Shown here one piece after another: positions 60,097 to 64,000 of a stretch of DNA of 64,000 nt. The DNA is taken from assembly GCA_965113315.1 (NCBI GenBank), contig OZ220370.1; one strand, 5' to 3'. The notes beneath the pieces were generated by a model. The model was not told the origin of the DNA. It did not search any database and was given only the letters and a program-made list of their open reading frames with translations. Position 1 is the first letter of the stretch. The number at the start of each line of letters is the position of its first letter. Origin of the DNA: Podarcis vaucheri. Its lineage: Eukaryota. A program made the translations under genes and the position numbers.

Positions 60097-62419
60097 GCTA
60101 GACTAGATAGGCTGTTGGTCTGATCCAGCAGGGGTCTCGTATACTTGGAAGGATTTCTCTGCAATATCAAGACACCTAAAAAGATTGCCAAATACTTAGG
60201 CCCTGCCTTAGGGAATGCCAAATGTTTGATAGCCAAAGCATAGATTTTTCTGCACGAAACTTGGAAGCACACTTTGCTCTTACACCCACAAGTATTTACT
60301 TTTAGAATGTACGACTGTCCCCATTTACCAGGAACAGTCCAGTTTTTTGGGAAACTTGTGACTGGCAAATCACGGCTTCTATTTTGTCCCAATTCGCCTT
60401 TTTAGGAATGCCTTAATCTGGGTTTCTAGAGTTGTCGTTCTTCAACTCCCTCTTTGGGGTAGCTGGAAGCTCTTGGTGAAAGGTGAATACAACATCATAA
60501 GTTTCTTCAGGAGACCAGAAAAATGAAGAGAACTGATTTGATTGATTACAACTTTAGCATCGAACAAGTAATTAGAAGAAAGCCTACTCTTCATAAATGC
60601 ATTGTGAATCCTAGCTTGTGTAGAGTGACAGATTGAGACTGACCACAAACTGAGCCGCTTCATATTCAAATGTGCTAGAACTGCTAGGAAAACATGCATT
60701 GAAACATATTTCATGCTGAACATTGAGGGGCCATGAAGTGCACAATCTGCCATCTGATATGTTGGCAAGGCTCATTCAAACTGATTGATAATAGATTGCC
60801 CCGTTAACTATAGTCATCTTTAGGTGTTATAACCCCCCACGTGAGTAGCATTTATGTGGGGATAAGAAACCCCCAGATGGCTGTTTTAGTGGGGGGCAGG
60901 CAGCATTACTCCTTTTGAACAGGAGCAGAGTTTAGCCGTCATACATGGTGCCCACAACTTCATTTAAATTTACCCCCCAAAAATGTATTGCCCCTTCCCA
61001 CTGATCTATGAATGTTTGGCACATAGAGGAAAGATCCTTGGGTCATCAGAGGTCTGCAGTCTAACCTTAGCTTCCAATTTAACAGGTCCTATTGAGATTA
61101 AGGACACAAATAGAGGGAAAGAAGAAGAAAACAGCACTACAACTTTATTCTTTAAATAACCAAGGGCAGCCAAACTATGCACTTATTTCCCATTGATTTG
61201 GATGTGAGTAAAACTTGACTGCCATGCTCTGGATTGTGCCCATTTGACAGCAATCTGAAAAGGCATCGTGACCATATCTACATCCTCAATTGGACTGTAT
61301 GAATTTGTTTTGGCACAAGAACCAGTACTACCCTTTCCCCCAATTACCCATATTCTTTCAGGAGCTGGGATGGAGGGAAAGGCAAATCTTGAAAAACAGC
61401 TTGGTGTACAGCATGGTATAAGAGTCTACTAATTCCTAAAGCAGACACAAAAATAAATAGGTGCAAGGCCTTTCATACAGGTGAACAAGCTTACTGAATT
61501 GCAACCAACGTCAAGGAACAACGTTGTTTGCAATACTGTGATCTGTTCTTTCCAGTTCTTTCCCCAGTGATCTGATAGAAGCTTCTCCTCTGCAAGCACA
61601 GCTGAAACGAATGGGAGTTTTGCAGAAACATATCCAGCCACAAACCGGCTTGGACAAGAAAGATTTCTTCTGGTACACACTCATAATGACAGCTGTAATA
61701 TTCAGTCATTAATTTGTTTGATTAATTGATTAAAAAGAACTTGATAAAACTTGGTTAAACGAGTATCTCACAATTAGGCAGACATCTGATTTTTTCAAAA
61801 AGTAATTTTGACTTTTATTAGGGTGCTTATTTTTTAAAAAACCCAAACCCTGCATTTCCTCCTGTGTGCAAGAGAAGGGGAAATCCCTCTTCTATGGCAG
61901 TATCTGCAGCAGCATGGGCTTAATTTTTTTTTTAAAGTATGTTCCTCTCTTTAGAACGGATCTGTTATTTAATGTGCAAATGTGAATAGATTAAGATTGC
62001 ACTCCTAAGCATACTTAATAGCGTGCAAGTCCCATTGAGCTCTGTGGGACTGAATTCTGAGCGAACATGTTTAGGACTGCATGCAACTGATAAGAACTCC
62101 AGTTCTGTACACACTGATTTGTGAGCAACATAAGTCAGTGGGACTTGCTTCTGAATAAACATAGGATTGTACTAAAGGATTTAAAAACCGACTGACAACC
62201 CTACTCATAACACACTGAGATTTCAGTGTGAATCCTTCCCGCAAAACAGTGACAGCCTCAAGGCATACAACACATGACCTGCACCTGAGCTATATACAGT
62301 GTTCCCAATCCAAGAAGTACTTCACCTCTGGAAGCAATCAGATCATATTTTAGAAATAAATACAAGAAAGGATCCAGGTACTGGAAATGTAACTGTTATT
62401 AACATTTGCTGAAGCATAT

Positions 62420-62515
62420 TCATCTGATGCAACCGATGAAGTGGACTCTCCGCTGAAAGCTTATGCCGTAATAAATCTGTTTAGCGCCACAAGACTCTCT
62501 TGTTGTTTTTGCTGA
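62420..62515 (+). mobile_element. Penelope-like pLTR remnant
   Basis: GATGAAGTGGACTCTCCGCTGAAAGCTTATGCCGTAATAAATCTGTT...GCCACAAGACTCT. Confidence 0.75.
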
Positions 62516-63445
62516 CTTTAAACCATTCGAAAACCCTTGCCTTTTAAAATATTTCCCTCTTTCCGGGTAATGTAGCCTTCACCAAGAAGCATAAGACTGA
62601 CCACACAATGGTAAGCAAAACTTCTCCTGTAATAAATAAGCCCTGCAGCCGGAAAAAGGCACGGTCCCCACTATGCGTAGCAAGTGGTTTTTCAGTACGC
62701 TTGTTTCTCTTGGCAGGGTTTAGACACATCTTTCTAGTTAACAAATGTATTCTGCTGTCAGCTCTTTTCAAGAATTATGCTCCCTGCCTGATGCCAAAAA
62801 CCTCTTTAAATATTAATAAATAACTCAAAGGTATCTTAGATAGTCTGCACTTGAGGAATTATGCTAATGTTTTTTTGTGATGAAAATATGAGAAACTCCC
62901 CCCCCTCACCCCACACTTCCTCCTGGCTTTCTACAGTTTGCATGTAGACCTCCCAGATCCACTGCAGTTCACCACTGAAAGAATTTGCTTGAAATGCAGT
63001 GGGCAATCCATTTTAAAAAGAAAAAGGAAAAAGGCAGTGGCAAAAATTCCCATTGACTTCAAAAGCAAATCCATGTTGGGGAATCAATTATGGAACAATA
63101 CTGTAGTCAAGCACACAGACTAGACGACTTACCATGTTTACCTAATCATTTGCTATGAGGGACACCTTCCATGGATGTAGGTGGAGATGAGACAAGCCCA
63201 TCAGGGTTGTATTGGGGAAAGTGAAAGACAGCTCAGGAAGAATATTTTGATCAAAGGTTATTAGCCAAACAAGAACAATGGAATGCTGATGTTCAGAAAT
63301 TGTATGCTACTGAATAGCATCTAAATACTGGCAACTGTGGGAGAGAGATTGTGTCTTCATGCTTTCATGTGGGATTGCCAGAGGCAATCTCATGATCTAG
63401 ATGGACTTTTGGATTGATTCGGCAAGGCTGTTCATGTGTTATCCT

Positions 63446-63484
63446 TGAATGAATGAATGAATGAATGAATAAATGAATGAATGA
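63446..63484. repeat. (TGAA)n microsatellite after an old CR1 3' remnant (~63160-63445)
   Basis: Directly visible; the upstream sequence resembles a CR1 3' UTR. Confidence 0.8.
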
Positions 63485-64000
63485 CAGATGCAGAAAAGAA
63501 GTGGCAACACAACATCCATTAAAATCAATAAACAGCAAAGGAACAACAGTACAACAATCTGGACATCACACATTGTAATGAATGGTCAGGAAAAGCCTGT
63601 TCCACCTGGAGCTTTGCCTCTTCTGTATTCCCCCCCCCTATAAATTTATAGAAATTTAAAGTGGCATATATATTCTTTTAATTAATAAATAAGCATGAAT
63701 AGAGAGATGCAGCAAGTCACCTGATCTGCTACCCAAAAGGGATTATTGTGTAGAAACCTGTTTACAAGTCTATGTGAAGCTGTCTGCATGTGTTTTCAGC
63801 AGCACATTTGTTAAACCTCAAGTTTATTTGTCTTGGCTGTACCAATTTCATCCAATGGTTAAACAACATCCCCAGGAATCAGAGAAAGTAGATTGATGAG
63901 AAGGTTTCTAAGATACCTCCAGCTCCAGCCCTAATTAAAAATTCATTAAAAAATAAAATTCCTATATCCCCCCCATAGCATTGCTTTATATTATATTCTA

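Overview
Vertebrate genomic DNA, most likely from a lacertid lizard, judging by its repeats: Sauria SINE, BovB, squamate CR1/L2/Penelope and tRNA-head SINEs. It has no bacterial-type features. The only host gene I can support is the 5' end of TRPS1 (GATA-type zinc-finger repressor) on the minus strand, recognised from my recollection of the human TRPS1 mRNA leader, not from a database search. It comprises a CpG/GC-rich promoter (~24.78-25.05 kb), a non-coding exon 1 (~24776->24145, donor CAG|GTAAGT) and an alternative first exon ending ATG AAA AGT A|GTAAGT (23129->23120). Positions 1-23119 are then intron 1; I found no internal coding exon in the window. Positions 25-64 kb are upstream intergenic DNA, dense in retroelements and MITEs with TE-free islands that may be enhancers. 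Almost all long ORFs are LINE fragments or compositional artefacts. Most interesting: two apparently conserved uORFs in TRPS1 exon 1, one with a frame-preserving (TTA)n poly-Leu tract that gives a signal-peptide-like sequence; and minimal, dimer-type hammerhead ribozyme motifs in Penelope-like elements, one intact and two decayed, one of the latter sense-oriented in the TRPS1 intron.
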